This document shows, piece after piece, positions 33,983-45,302 of a stretch of DNA of 64,000 bases (position 1 is its first letter; each line of letters opens with the position of its first letter). The notes below the pieces were generated by a model. It made no database searches and was not told the origin of the DNA. It saw only the letters and a list, made by a program, of their open reading frames with translations. Origin of the DNA: Rebecca billardiae RCC1528 (taxonomy: Eukaryota; Protista; Haptophyta); the NCBI GenBank assembly GCA_965240325.2, contig OZ251244.1, forward strand, positions 1,302,001 to 1,366,000, in the 5' to 3' direction. A program made the position numbers and the translations under genes.

Positions 33983-35464
33983 GCGCCGCCGCTGTTGCCG
34001 AGGCGAGTGCGCGCCCTCGTGGCCTCCGGTAGCCTCACCGAGCAGGTGCCGCGGCTGCACCGCCGCCAGCCGCTCGGCGACCAGCGGCACGTTGAGCACG
34101 ACCGACAGCGACACGTCGGCCGCGCCCAGCTCGACGGTCGCGCGCTCGCACAGGCCGGCTAGGAGCGCGTAACCGCCACCGGCGTAACCGCCATCGACGT
34201 AACCGCCACCGGCGGAACCGCCACCGGCGGAACCGCCATCGGCGGAACCAGGCGCGATCGCGAGGCCCGCGCGCGCCGAGAGGCTGCGCAGCCGCAGCTC
34301 GAAGACAAGCCCCGACGCGTTGGCCGCGGCGAGCGCCGCGTCGGCGTCGAGAAAGAGGGAGGCGCCGTGACGCGAGGCGCCGCCGCCGTCCCCGCCGGTG
34401 GCGGCGGCGGCGGCGAGCGCGGCCGGCGTGGCGAGCCGCGCGGCGCTGAGCGTGCTGAGCCCGCCGACCCAGTCCGGCGCAACGCGCAGCGTGGAGTTGG
34501 GCAGCCCGGGCACCTCGCCCTCCGTGCGAAGCGCCCGCGCATCGAGCAAGAGCGAGCCCGGCGGCGCGCCCGCCGCCGCCGCCACCTCCGGCGGCTGCGC
34601 GAGGCTTAGCAGTGCGCCTGCCGCCGCCGGGAGGTCGACTTGGAGCGGGTCGGCGAGGGCGGCGTTGAGCGCGGCTGCAATGGGCGCCCACTCGAAGGGC
34701 GGCGCCGCGTCGGGCACGCCCGCGCCCCCGCCGCCGGCCGCCCAGTCGAACGCGCCGGCGGTGCGCGGGATGGCGGCCAGCGGCGGCGGCGCCGCCAGAA
34801 ACGGCGCGGCCGCAGCCGTCGCGTTCGCCAGGATGGCGGGGAGGTTGAGCCCGGCGAGCAGCGCGCGCGCCGCCTCGCACAGCTGCGGGCCGAGCTGCGC
34901 CTCGAGCCCCGGCCGGATCGCGCCGCTCAGCATGTCGAGCAGCGCGGCGCTCAGACCGCCGGAGAAGCTAAGAGCGCTCAGAGAAAGAGCGGCGGCGCAC
35001 TCGACGATGCGCACGTCTGTGAGGAGCCCGTGCGGCCCGCCGCCGTCGTCGGTGGCCTCGAGGGTGAGGAGCATGGACGAGCCCTCTGTCGCCGCGGCCA
35101 GCGCGCCCGAGCCGTACGGAAAGCCCAGCAGCGACTGCTCGAACGCGTAGGCTGCGGTGCACTCGAGGCCGAGGCCGGTGGCGGTGACGGTGACGGCGCC
35201 GCGCTCCGGGTGCGGCGTTGCGTGGACGCGGCCGACGCGAAGGCGCGCGCACGCGATGTCCGAGACCTCTCCCTCGAACGACGCGTACGCGAACCCCTGC
35301 GCAGCCTCCACCGCCACCGGCTGCGCCGCGAGGAACGCCTCGATCGAGCGCGTGCGCAGGCCGGAGCACTCTGGCGCGGCGCGCTCGGCCGCGGCGCGCG
35401 CGCCGGCCGGCGGGCGGAGGGCGAGGGCGAGGAGGGCCAGGGCGAGCACGCGCGCCGGCGGCAT
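27046..35464 (-). CDS. Giant secreted/membrane protein with BPI/LBP(TULIP)-like N-terminal modules and C-terminal PqiA-like membrane domains
   Basis: Signal peptide MPPARVLALALLALAL. BPI-like strand/helix segments (GLGLECTAAYAF...VECAAALSLSALSFSGG...QLC). C-terminal FSL...AAFSGVWPVLKL...LHALGKMSLLDV (PqiA-like). Two long ORFs are joined by a frame change near 32790-32870. Confidence 0.65.
27692..27735. repeat. Interstitial telomere-like (TTAGGG)n tract
   Basis: About 7 units with variants, inside the giant ORF (reads PNPN). Confidence 0.9.
29046..29078. repeat. Interstitial telomere-like (TTAGGG)5 tract
   Basis: In frame within the giant ORF (DPNPNPNPNPNL). Confidence 0.9.
30068..30120. repeat. 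15-bp tandem repeat ACCGGACTCGTCCGC (about 3.5 copies), encoding SPVRT
   Basis: Direct reading; a related copy lies at about 33086-33108. Confidence 0.85.
33640..33712. repeat. 18-bp coding minisatellite (4 copies), encoding AGAEGG
   Basis: GCCACCCTCCGCGCCCGC units. Confidence 0.85.
33942..33980. repeat. (GTC)n coding microsatellite (poly-Thr on the minus strand)
   Basis: Direct reading of the sequence. Confidence 0.9.
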
Positions 35465-36297
35465 CGTGACGCGCCGGCGCGTGCCCGGCGCTGCCGCGCG
35501 CATCCGCCGCGCTCGGGCCCGGCGTCAGACGCGCGCCCTGCGCCAGCCGGGCGGCGGAGGGATGGCGGCGCGTGAGCGGACGGGTCGCCTGCTGGCCGGG
35601 CGGCCAACTTCGGCGCGAAAGCGCGCGATTGCGCGGGGGGCGGCGGGGGCGCCCGGACCAAGCCCGGATGACCGCCATTACAATTACCACTGGCACTGAC
35701 CGCCACACTGACACAGCATCATTGACAGTTCCCCGACCCGGACGGTCCACTCCGCCGGGTGTGTTCATCACTCACTAGTGACACTGAGCGACGCGCACTA
35801 CGTGGCCAGGACAGCGGGCAGCACAGGCATCGGGCATGCGGGTCGTGGTGGGTAGGGTTCGGCCGCCGCCGCGCGCCGGCGCGGGCGGGCCCCGGCAGTC
35901 TCTCTCTCAGTGTACAGTCGCAGAGTCTTGACGGAGTCACTCTGCCTCTGGGGCGTTCCGTGCCCGGCTCAGAGTGTGCACTCACGTGGGGGGCGATGCG
36001 GAAGGCATGCCGGCCGCGAGCGGCGGCCGTGGTGTACACGCGCACGCGCGCGCCGCCTCGGACGGCGTGCGCGAGGAGCGCCGCGCCTCGCCAGCGCCAC
36101 TAGCCTGACATGGCTCGGCCGGCGCGCGGCGCGGCGCGCGCACGGCGCTGCCGGCCAAGCCGCTGCGCGCGCCGGCAGCGGCCGAGCGCAGCCTCGTCAG
36201 CCAGCTGCCGCGCAGCCACGGGCCGAGCTCGCGCCGTCCTCGGCCGCGGGCCGATCGCCGCACCCCGCCCCCGCGGCGGGCGGGCGGGAGATCGCGA

Positions 36298-37717
36298 TCA
36301 CAGCAGCCAGTCGATGTAGTTTCCAAGATCTTTCTCGATCCGCACGCGCGCGCCCAGCCACGCCTTCACGCGCGGCCGGCCCGCCACCGCGTCTCGGATG
36401 CCCTGCAGCCGCGGGAACGCGTCGAGCGCGGGCTCGTACCCGGCGACTAGTCTGCGCGCGCCGCCGACCGCGCGGGCGGAGGGCCGAGACCGCCGCGCGG
36501 GTGGCGATGCGGCGGGCGGGATGCGGGGAACGCGCACGGGCGGCGGCGCGAGGTGCCGCAGGCGTGGGGTTGGGGCGGGCGCACGTGCCGGGACGTGCGG
36601 GCGCGGAGGTGTCGCGGGTGAGCGCCACGCGTCGCGCCGCGCCGGTGCGGGCGCGCTCGGGCGGCCCCGCGCCCACAGCGCCGGCGGCGCAGCCGGCGGG
36701 TGCTGCCCGCGCGCGGCGGCGGCGCGCGCGCCGGCCGGCACACAGCAGTCGCTCTGCGGATCGGAAAGGGCTCGGGAATGATTCGCGGCGGCCTTTATTT
36801 GGCGGGGAAAAAAAGGGCCTGTTTTTTCGCGCGCACCTTTGGAACATGTGGAAGCCGTAGATGTCGACCCAGGTGAGCTTGGTGCCGACGAAGTGGCCGC
36901 CCTGCGGCGAGTACTGCTCGGCCATCTGCTCCAGCGTCGTGCCGACCTGCGCCGCAAGCGCGCGGCGCACGCGCGCGCGGCGAGCGCGGCAGCGCGTGAG
37001 CGCGCGCGCGCGCGCGCCGGCCTGCCGTGGCGCGCGCGCGCGCGAGGGAGTGCGTGAGAGCAGGGCGAGCGCAGGGCGCACCTTGGGCCACTGCTCCAGG
37101 TAGAAGTTGATGTCCACCTTCCGGTTCACCATGCTCTGCACCATGTAGATGTAGAGGTCGTCGAGCGTGGCGGCGACAATGTCAATGTATGCGCGCTCGA
37201 CGTCAGTGTGTCCGTTCATGCCAAACTTGGTGGCGAGATATCGGCAGATCGCGGAGGTCTGCACGAGCGAGATGCCGTCGATCTCCATCAGCGGCACCTG
37301 CCCGGTCAGCGACTTGCCCGACGCCTTGAACTCGACGAACTCGTCGTTGCCCGGCCCGTGTGTCTGGCACAGGCACTGGCGCACGGGCGCCGCCTCGCCG
37401 TTCAGCTTGCGGTGGTCCTCTGGCTTGCGGCACTCGTTCTCGACGTTGGGGCGGAAGCGGTAGTCCTCGAACTCGAAGGCGGCCTCGGCGCACATGATGC
37501 GCACCACCTCGGCGCGCCCGCGCGCGTTGAAGTACGTCAGGCGCGGCAGCCCGGCGTCGGCGGGCGCGCCAACCGTACCCGACGGCTGGCGCGCGACGTC
37601 GGGCGCGGCGGGCGGCGTCCTCGTGCCGGTCCACTCGGCGAGCTTGGTGGGCAGCGAGGGGACGCGGAGCACGGATGCGAGCCCGCCGGAGGAGGAGTTC
37701 CTATTCGCGGTCGCCAT
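36298..37717 (-). CDS. Glutathione S-transferase (Tyr-type, sigma/alpha-like), introns at 36947-37081 and 36452-36836
   Basis: LTYFNARGRAEVVR, GQVPLMEIDG...QTSAICRYLA, FVGTKLTWVDI and LDAFPRL. Both GT-AG introns restore the GST consensus. Confidence 0.92.
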
Positions 37718-38508
37718 CGCGAGCCGCCGCCGTCGCTCCGAGAGGCGTGTGGCCTGCGGGCCTTGGGTTGGGGTCGCTCGGTGGGGGACGCTGCTGAGGC
37801 CGCCGCCGCGGTTCGTCACGAAGCCAGAGCGAGCGAGGCAACGCGTACCCGGGCAGTTAGCACTTGCCTCGGATTGATATGGGGGTACACCCGGATACAT
37901 ACGGGGAAGCCCTTCATCTAGTCCTATGAGTATGACGCGAGTCATAATGACGTGAGTCATCAAGTGCGGGCCAGCCACGTCGCCGTGGCCCAGCGGTTCG
38001 CACTTCGCAGCGCTTGGGCGCAAGGGAGATTTTGACGAGGGGTGATCTCGTTCTCCTGCGCGCAATATCTGGCCGTTCGCGCGCCCTCGCCGGGTTCTCC
38101 TGGTTGGTCGAGCGCCGCCGCTGGCGAACCAAAGGCGCCTTCCGCCCAAACCGGGAGAGATCCCACCGGCCAAACCGGCGAAGAATGCGTCGCGACCCGC
38201 GAATCGTCAGCCTGAGATGCGCGGAGATCTGCGGAGAGAACTCCGCCGCTCGCGCCGGGCTGCTGGCATTTAATTCGGGCTGCAAAAAACGCGCGGCGGA
38301 AAATAAGAATGCGCATCACGTGGGCCGGACCGTTGGCCAGCTCCCGCCTCTGCCGCCAGACTGCCGCGCCGACGCGGCGGGCTCGGGGCCTGGCCTGCGG
38401 GGCGAGTGGCTCGCTGAGCGCATGGCGGCGCCGTGCCGTTCGGAGCAGATGTGTCGTCTGCCGAACCTCGCCGGCGCCGCGTCTCCGTCTCGCCATGCCG
38501 TACACGTC

Positions 38509-38563
38509 GTGTGTGTGTGTGGGTGTGTGTGTGTGTACTGTCACTGTCACTGTGTGTGTGTGT
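38509..38563. repeat. (GT)n / (CACTGT)n microsatellite
   Basis: Direct reading of the sequence. Confidence 0.85.
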
Positions 38564-38802
38564 GAGCTGCTCCCGGCGGGGCAGCGCGCGCGCGCCGGCT
38601 GTGCGGAGGGCTCTGCACCGACCGCGCCAGCGCGCGCGCTGCCCCGCCGCCCTCCCGCCGCCCTCCCCCATCGCCCCTTCGGTCGCCCGGCGGCGGCGCC
38701 GCCGCCGCCGCCGCCGCGGGCGGCGGCGACGACGGCGGCGCCCGCGCGCGCGCGCCGACGGGCCGCGCGCGTGCGCAGCCCGTTGGCGCGCGCGCCGCGC
38801 AC

Positions 38803-41800
38803 TCACGCGCGCCGGCGCGCGCCGCTGAGCGGAGGCTTGCGGACCGCGCGTGGCACGGCCGCCTCGGCCGCGCCGAGCGTGCCCGCGCCGGCGGCGGCGG
38901 CGGCCGCCGCGGCGGAAGCCGACGCCGCGGCGGCCTCTGGCGTGAAGAGCCGCTCGGCACTGGCGCCGCCGCCGCCGCGCGCGGCGGCGGCGGCGGCGGC
39001 GGCGGCGCCCTTGGCGGCGACGAGGGCGACGGTGGAGGCTGCCGCGGCGGCGTGCGCGTGCGCGGCGTGCGCGGCGGCGCCGGCTGCGCGCGGCGTGTGC
39101 GGCGCGCACGCCGCCGCCGCGGCGGCGGCGGCGGCGGCGGCGGCGGCGTCGCGCGCCGCCGCGTCGCGCGCCGCGCGCACCGCAAGCGCGCGTTGCAGGC
39201 TGCCATAGGCGTGCGCGTGCCGCAGCCGCGCCGGTCCGCACGGCGCGAGCTGCGGCGCGCCGCCGAGCGCGGGCGCCGCGGCGGCATCGGTTGCGGCCAG
39301 CGCTGCGTCTGTGTAGATCGACTGGCGGTCTGCGGCGGGCGCGTTGAGGATGCGCGCCTTCTTGGGGGGCGGGCCGGGCGCTGCGGCGGCGGCGGCGGCG
39401 GCGGCGGCGCTGCTGCTGCCCGCGCCGCGCTGCGCCGCGGACGCGTGTGGCGCCGTCGGCGGCGGCGGCAGACTGTACGGATGCAGCCAGCGCGCGCACG
39501 CGGTAACAGCGCCATCGTCCGCGCGCATGCGCGTCGCGGCCTCGAGCGCTCGCACGTCGAGCACGCCCTGCGCGGCGCGGCGGGGCGGGCGGGGCGCGGG
39601 CCGGCGGTGAGTCGTGCGAGCGCGCGCCGCCCACGCGCCCGCCCTTCCGCGCACGCGCTGGCCTTACCCTAACCCTAACCCTAATCCTTCCGCGCACGCG
39701 CCCGCCCTTCCCTCGTCCGCGCGGCCGCGCGCACGCACGCACCTCGGCGACGACGAAGACGGCCGCTGCGGCGAGCGTCGAAGCCGGCCACGCGCGCGCG
39801 CCCGTGTCGAGCAGCGCGCCGTCGACGAGGGTGAGCGAGGCGTCGAGCAGCCGCGCGCCGAGCGCGACGTCGGAGGCCGCCTCGGCCGCGCGGCATGCAA
39901 ATACGCACGCCCAGGACGCCGGGGTCACCGCGCCTGCCACCGCCCAGCCCAGCGCGCGCAGCACGTCGAGCTCGCACGCGACGATGGCAGCGGCCGTGCA
40001 CGCGCCGGCCGTCGCCTCGGCGAACTGCGACGCGCGCGGCACGCGCACCTCCTGCGCGCGGCGGGGGCGGGCGCGCGGGGCAGAGGGTCGGTGAGGCCCC
40101 GTAGGGAGAAGCGCAGGGCTGGGCGGCGCGGGGGAGTGCGCGCCACCGCCCTCCGCGCGGCACCCCCCAGCCCACCAGTGCGGCCGCCCGCCGCACACAC
40201 GGCACAGCCCACCCAGCTGTCTGTCGGGCCGAGCCCTAACCCTAAGCCTCCCTAACCCTACCCTAACCCAGCTGTCTGTCGGGCACCGCGCGGCGCGGCG
40301 CGGCGCGGCGCGGCAGCCCGGCGCGGCGCGGCCGCCCGCCGCGCGCGGCGGCACAGCCCACCCAGCAGAGGCCGCCGCCCACCCCCGGAGCCCCCGCCCA
40401 TCCTCCCACCGCAGCCCCGCAGTCCGGGCGGCCAGTCCGGCCGGCCAGTCCGGGCGCCGCACCTCGATCTTGGCGGCCATCAGCAGCGCGGTCGCGCCGA
40501 GCAGCTGCAGTCCCTCGCGCGCAAGCGCGGGGCGCGCGCGCAGCCGACGGTCAAGGATCTCGGCTGCGAGATGGTAGGTGACCTGCGGCGGTGGCGGCGC
40601 GGGGTGGGGGCGAGGGGAAGGGCCGGCGGTGGTTGGGGTCGGCGCGGTGCGCGGCGGCGGCGCGGGGTACGACCGCCGCGCGCGCGCGCGCAAGGACGGC
40701 GCTCGGACCGCGCGCGGCGCAGAGGTTGGCTCACGCGCCGCGGCGGGCGCGCGGCGCGCGGCGGGCGCGCGGCGCGCGGCGGGCGCGCTGCGCGCGGCGC
40801 GGGCCGCGCCGCGCCGCCGCGCACCCGCTGCAGCCGGTACTCGGCGCAGACCTCGCTCATCCAGTCGAGCAGCATCGCGCGCATTGGCGCGGACACGTGC
40901 GGCTGCGCGCCGTGGTCGCACAGGAAGCAGCGCGGCGGCGCGGGCGGCGCGGGCGGCGCGGGCGCCGAGCACAGCGCAGGCGGCTGCTGCGCCGGCGCCG
41001 GCGCCGGCTGCGGCGCGCCCGCCGCCGAGCTGCCTGGCTGCGACGCGTCGGACGCCCACGTAGCGTACGCGGAGCCGCCGCCGCCGCCGGGCGCGCGCGC
41101 GCCCGCCGGCACGGCCGACGAGGCGGGCGGCGACTCGAACGAATCCGCATGCGCGCAGCCGGCGCCGCCAGCCGGCACCGCGGGCGAGCTGGGCTCGGCG
41201 GGCTGCGCGGCGCGCGGCGCGGCGGCGGCGGCGGCAGCGCGGTGCGGCGCGCGCGCACCGCGCGCGGCGGCGCCGCGCGGCGGCACGGCGGCGCCACCCG
41301 CCGCGCCGTGCCCCGCGCCGACCGCCCGCCTCGCCGCCGCCGCGTCCGCGGCCGCGTGCGCCGCCTCCCGCTCGCGCATGCTAGCTTCGATCGCCTCGCG
41401 CAGCCGGCGCGCGCCGCGCGTCGGCCCGCCGAGGCCGATGCACACCGGCGCCTCCTCGTCGTCGGTCTCGTCCTCGGCCTCGTCGCGCGCCGACTCGTCG
41501 GCCCGATCCGCGCCGGCGGCGGCGTGGCCGGTGGCGGCGCGGTGGTGGGCGCGGCGCGTGGCGGCGGCGGCGCCGCGGGCGGCGGCGGCGCGCGTGCGCA
41601 CGCACGCCGCCGCCGCCGAGCCCGCCACGCCCGCCGCCGCGCCGCCGGCACCGCCCTCGCCCGCGCCCGCCCGCCCCTCCGCCGCGGCCTCGACGCACGA
41701 GCTGCAGTCGAAGTCGCAGTCGGCGTCGGCGGGTCCGGCGTGACCGGTTGCCGACGCGGCGGGCGGCGTGGGCGCGCGCGGCGCGGTTGCCGACGCGGCG

Positions 41801-42847
41801 GGCGGCACGGGCGCGCGCGGCGCGGCGCGGGGCCGGCCGCCGCGCGCGCGAGGCTCCTCGGCAGCGGTGGCGGCGGGCGGCGCCGAGCGCGCCGCCGGCA
41901 CGGGCGCACGCGCCACCGGCCGCGCCGCCGGCCGCGCGAGCTCGCGCTCGCGCTCGGCCGCGCCGGCGATGGCGATGGCAGCGGCTGCGGCGGCTGCGGC
42001 GGTCGGCTCCTCCGGCGCGTGCGGGCGCGCGGGCGCGTGGCATGCGGGCTCCTCGGCCCACGCCGACGCGTCGTCGTCCTCCTCGTACTCGTCCAGCTCC
42101 GTCGCCGCGTCCACGTCCCCCGCGTCCGCACCGCCCACCACGCGCGCGCCGTGCCCGCCCGCCGCGTCGGCGGCGGCACCGGCCGAGCCGCCAGAGATTG
42201 ACAGTGCGGTTGTGAGTGCGCGCGCGCCGAGCGGCGGCGGCGCGGCGGTGGGCGGCTTGCTGGGGCCGCAGCGGAGGGTCTGCGCGCCGTGCGAGGCGCG
42301 CGGCGGCCGCGCGAGCGCACCGGGCGCCGGGCCGAGCGCGCGTCAGTGCCGGGCGGCGCGCGCGCGCTCGAGCGCGCCGCCCATGCGCGCGGACACGCGC
42401 GCGCGCGCGCGCGCGCGCGCGCACCCGCGAGGTGCCGCCGACCGTGCGCGACTGGACGATCCACTCGTCCAAGCCCTGCACGCGGGCCCACGCGCGGCGC
42501 GACGCGTGCTCGCCTGAGCGCGAGTGTGTGCGCGCGCGCGCGCGCGCGCGCGGCGCGCCGAGCGCATGGTGCGTGTGTGCGCGCGAGCGCGCGCGCGCGC
42601 GCACGTGCGGCGCGTCGTCGGCGGCGTGGCACTCGCTCATGCTCTCGTCGCACACGAGCGCACGCGTCTCCGCGCACGCCGCGGCGCCCGGCTCCTCGCG
42701 CCGCCGCTTGCCCGCGGCCGCGCGCGTGCGCGGCGGCGAAGCGCGCGCGTCAGGCATGCGCCTCGCGCGCGCGGCCGGCGCGCCGCGCGGCGGCCGGTGG
42801 CCGGGCTCGTCCGCGCGGAGCGCCGCGCCGCCGTGTTCGCGCGCCAT
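38803..42847 (-). CDS. Cyclin, cyclin E-like cyclin box, multi-exon
   Basis: Spliced box MRAMLLDWMSEVCAEYRLQR|VTYHLA...DR...LQLLGATALLMAAKIE|EVRVP...FAEATAGAC...ELDVLRALGW, using introns 40583-40824, 40052-40462 and 39568-39742. The 5' exons are less certain. Confidence 0.85.
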
Positions 42848-43030
42848 GCTCACGCCTCGCCGCTCCCGCCGTGCGCGCTCGCGCCCCGCCCGCGGCCGTC
42901 CGCCGTCTCGTGTTCGCGCGCAGCCGTCTCGCTCGCCCGCGGCCCCCGCGTCCGCGCCCCGTGTGCGCCCAAGCGGCGGCGGCGACCAGTGGCCAAAGCG
43001 ACATCAAGTACGAGTACCCCTGCGGCCGCC

Positions 43031-43153
43031 GCGCCAAAAGCCCGGAAAGTGGAAATGGCGCCACAGCTTTGGTGGACCGCGTGCAGATGAGAATGGCGCG
43101 CGCGGCTTCGCGCTTTGGCGCTTTTCTCGCCGCGTCCGGGGCTTTTTTCCCGC
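43031..43153. promoter_or_regulatory. Cluster of three E2F-consensus sites (TTTSSCGC) in the cyclin/FAM221 divergent intergenic region
   Basis: GCGCCAAA at 43031-43038, TTTGGCGC at 43114-43121 and TTTCCCGC at 43146-43153. Confidence 0.6.
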
Positions 43154-43259
43154 GCATGTCCGGCGCGTTTCGTCGTAAGTACTAAGTACGCGGGAGTTCG
43201 CGCTTGTCGCGCGGCGCAGCGCCCGCACGGTGGCGAGCGGTCAGCACAACGGCCGCACG

Positions 43260-44495
43260 ATGGTCGCCGCTGCCAGCGCCGGCGGCAACGGCCGCACGAT
43301 CGTGCGCGTCTCGTGGGTGAATCGGGAGGGCCGGCCGTGCATCAACGCGACGCCCGAGGTGCGTTCACGCCCGCACGCGTGACCACCCAGGCGCGCGCGC
43401 CCGCCGCACGCACCGCGCGCGCGCCGCCCGTCGCCCCGCGCGCCGACCGCGCGCGAATGCTGTGCGCGCCGCCGCCGTCGCGCGCGGGCAGACGTGGTGC
43501 TTCTGCGGCCACCGCTTCAAGGTGCACGACGAGGCGGCGGGGTACCGCTGCCGCACCGCCGGGTGCCCGTGCGCGCAGTACAGCGTCCACGTCGCGCAGG
43601 GCGCATGGTGCGCGCGCGCGCGCGCGCGCGCGCACGCGCCCCTCCTTGACACAGACGGTCCTTGACAGGGGGTCAAACCCGACACTCACCGCCCGCCGCG
43701 CGCCCGGCACGGCCGCGGCACGCGTGCAGGCAGGTGCGCTGCCGGTGCAAGCACAAGCACACCGACCACGACCCCGCCGACCCGCGCCGCCGCTGCCGCA
43801 AGCTCGTCGGCGCCAAGCCGTGCCCGTGCTCAGGGTTCGACTCGCCCTATGTGTGCGTCTGCGATCGGCCGTGGGCCGAGCACGCGACCGTGGCGCGCGA
43901 GGTGGCGGCGGAGCTGCCGGCGCTGGACGGCGGCGCGGAGCCGAGCGCCGCGGACGCCCTCCCGCCCGCGCACACCGCCGCGCTCACGCTCGACGACGTG
44001 CAGCGCGGTGCGGGCGCGTGGGCGTCGCGCGAGCGGCAGGCGCTGACCCTAACCACCCTCAGCCCTAACCCTAACCTAGCGGCGGCCGCGGCGGCGCCCA
44101 GCGCGGACGGCGGCGGAGGAGGCGAGGGCGGCGCGCAGGCGACGGCGCGCCCGCCCGCCGGCGCGCTCGCCTCTCTCAAGCGCCGCGGCGGCGGTGGCGC
44201 GGGCGCGCAGCGCGGCGGCGCGCCCGCGCAGCCGCCAAACCGCGCGGCGCCGCCGCCGGCGGGCGGCCGACGCTCCTCCCGGCCGGAGTCGGCGGGTGAG
44301 GCGGGCGGTAGCGTGGCGCTGGTGGTGGGCGGTGGCGTCCTCGCGCAGTTCAGCGGCAACGGCGAGTGGTACGCCGCGCGCGTGCTGCGCGTCCTCGGCG
44401 GCTCGGGCGCGGAGGCGCGCGTGCGCGTGCGCTTCGAGGACGACGGCGTCGAGGAGACGGTGGGCGCGCACCAGCTCCGGACTCTCCACCGCTGA
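43260..44495 (+). CDS. FAM221-like Cys/His-rich protein with C-terminal Tudor-like domain, introns at 43359-43491 and 43608-43729
   Basis: WCFCGHRFKVH...C...CPC, then WQVRCRCKHKHTDH...CPCSGFDSPYVCVCDRPWAEH (FAM221 pattern), then VLAQFSGNGEWYAARV...VRFEDDGVEETV (Tudor). Start codon uncertain. Confidence 0.75.
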
Positions 44496-45302
44496 GTCCG
44501 GACGAGCTGGGATAGATCCGCTTCGGAGGTCGAGTCGGCCCGAGGCTGCCGCAGCGGGGTGTCCGGCGCGGCACCGCGCTCGGCGCTGGCCGTTGCGGCG
44601 CGCCACCCGGCTGTCTGGTTATATTCGAACACGTCATCGTCACGTGGGCGTGGTTACTACAGCTAGTCATCACTGGTCCGGGCCCCTGTAATATATCTGC
44701 ATCTGGAACCGATCAGGGCGGATGCTGCTTCCGATGATCGACGATGACGACAGTGACTGATGGCTCACGGGCGGACGATGACGACGACTCGGCGGCGTCG
44801 GGCGTGCCCGCGAGGCCTGGATGAGGGCTGCAGCCGCCTCGCGGGCTCGCGGCGCGGCCGGCGCGCGCCAGCGCCGGTCGTCGCCCTCGATCCACCGCCG
44901 CGTGACCGTCGTCCACAAAACGTCGTCGTCCGAACTCTCCGACTCTGGGCGCCCGCGAGTGTGAGACGATGGCGGCCTCAGCCGCGATGACGCGGATGAC
45001 GATAGACAGAAATTAGCGCGCCGAAAAATGATGTTATTAGTACTGGCGAATTGTGGAGCCCCACTGTCGGTTGGGGAAGCCGTGTGTCACTCGGCATGCC
45101 TGGGGTAGCATATCACACATAAGGGCTGGCAAGTGGCTGAGTCAGCGAACATCGCCGAGCGCACATGCATGGTTCCTCGCCGGATCATCCGGATTCCGGA
45201 TCGCGAACCGATCCGCCCCTTCTTCGATCGTAGATTCGTGATTGGCCTGATCATGCATGCGCGATCTGGCGATCGAGCGAGACGGCGGCGACGACGCTCA
45301 TC

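Noticed and set aside
44040-44079. GC-AG intron around the telomere-like tract in the FAM221-like gene
   Set aside because: Removing 40 nt would put the Tudor-like domain out of frame, whereas the unspliced reading keeps it in frame.
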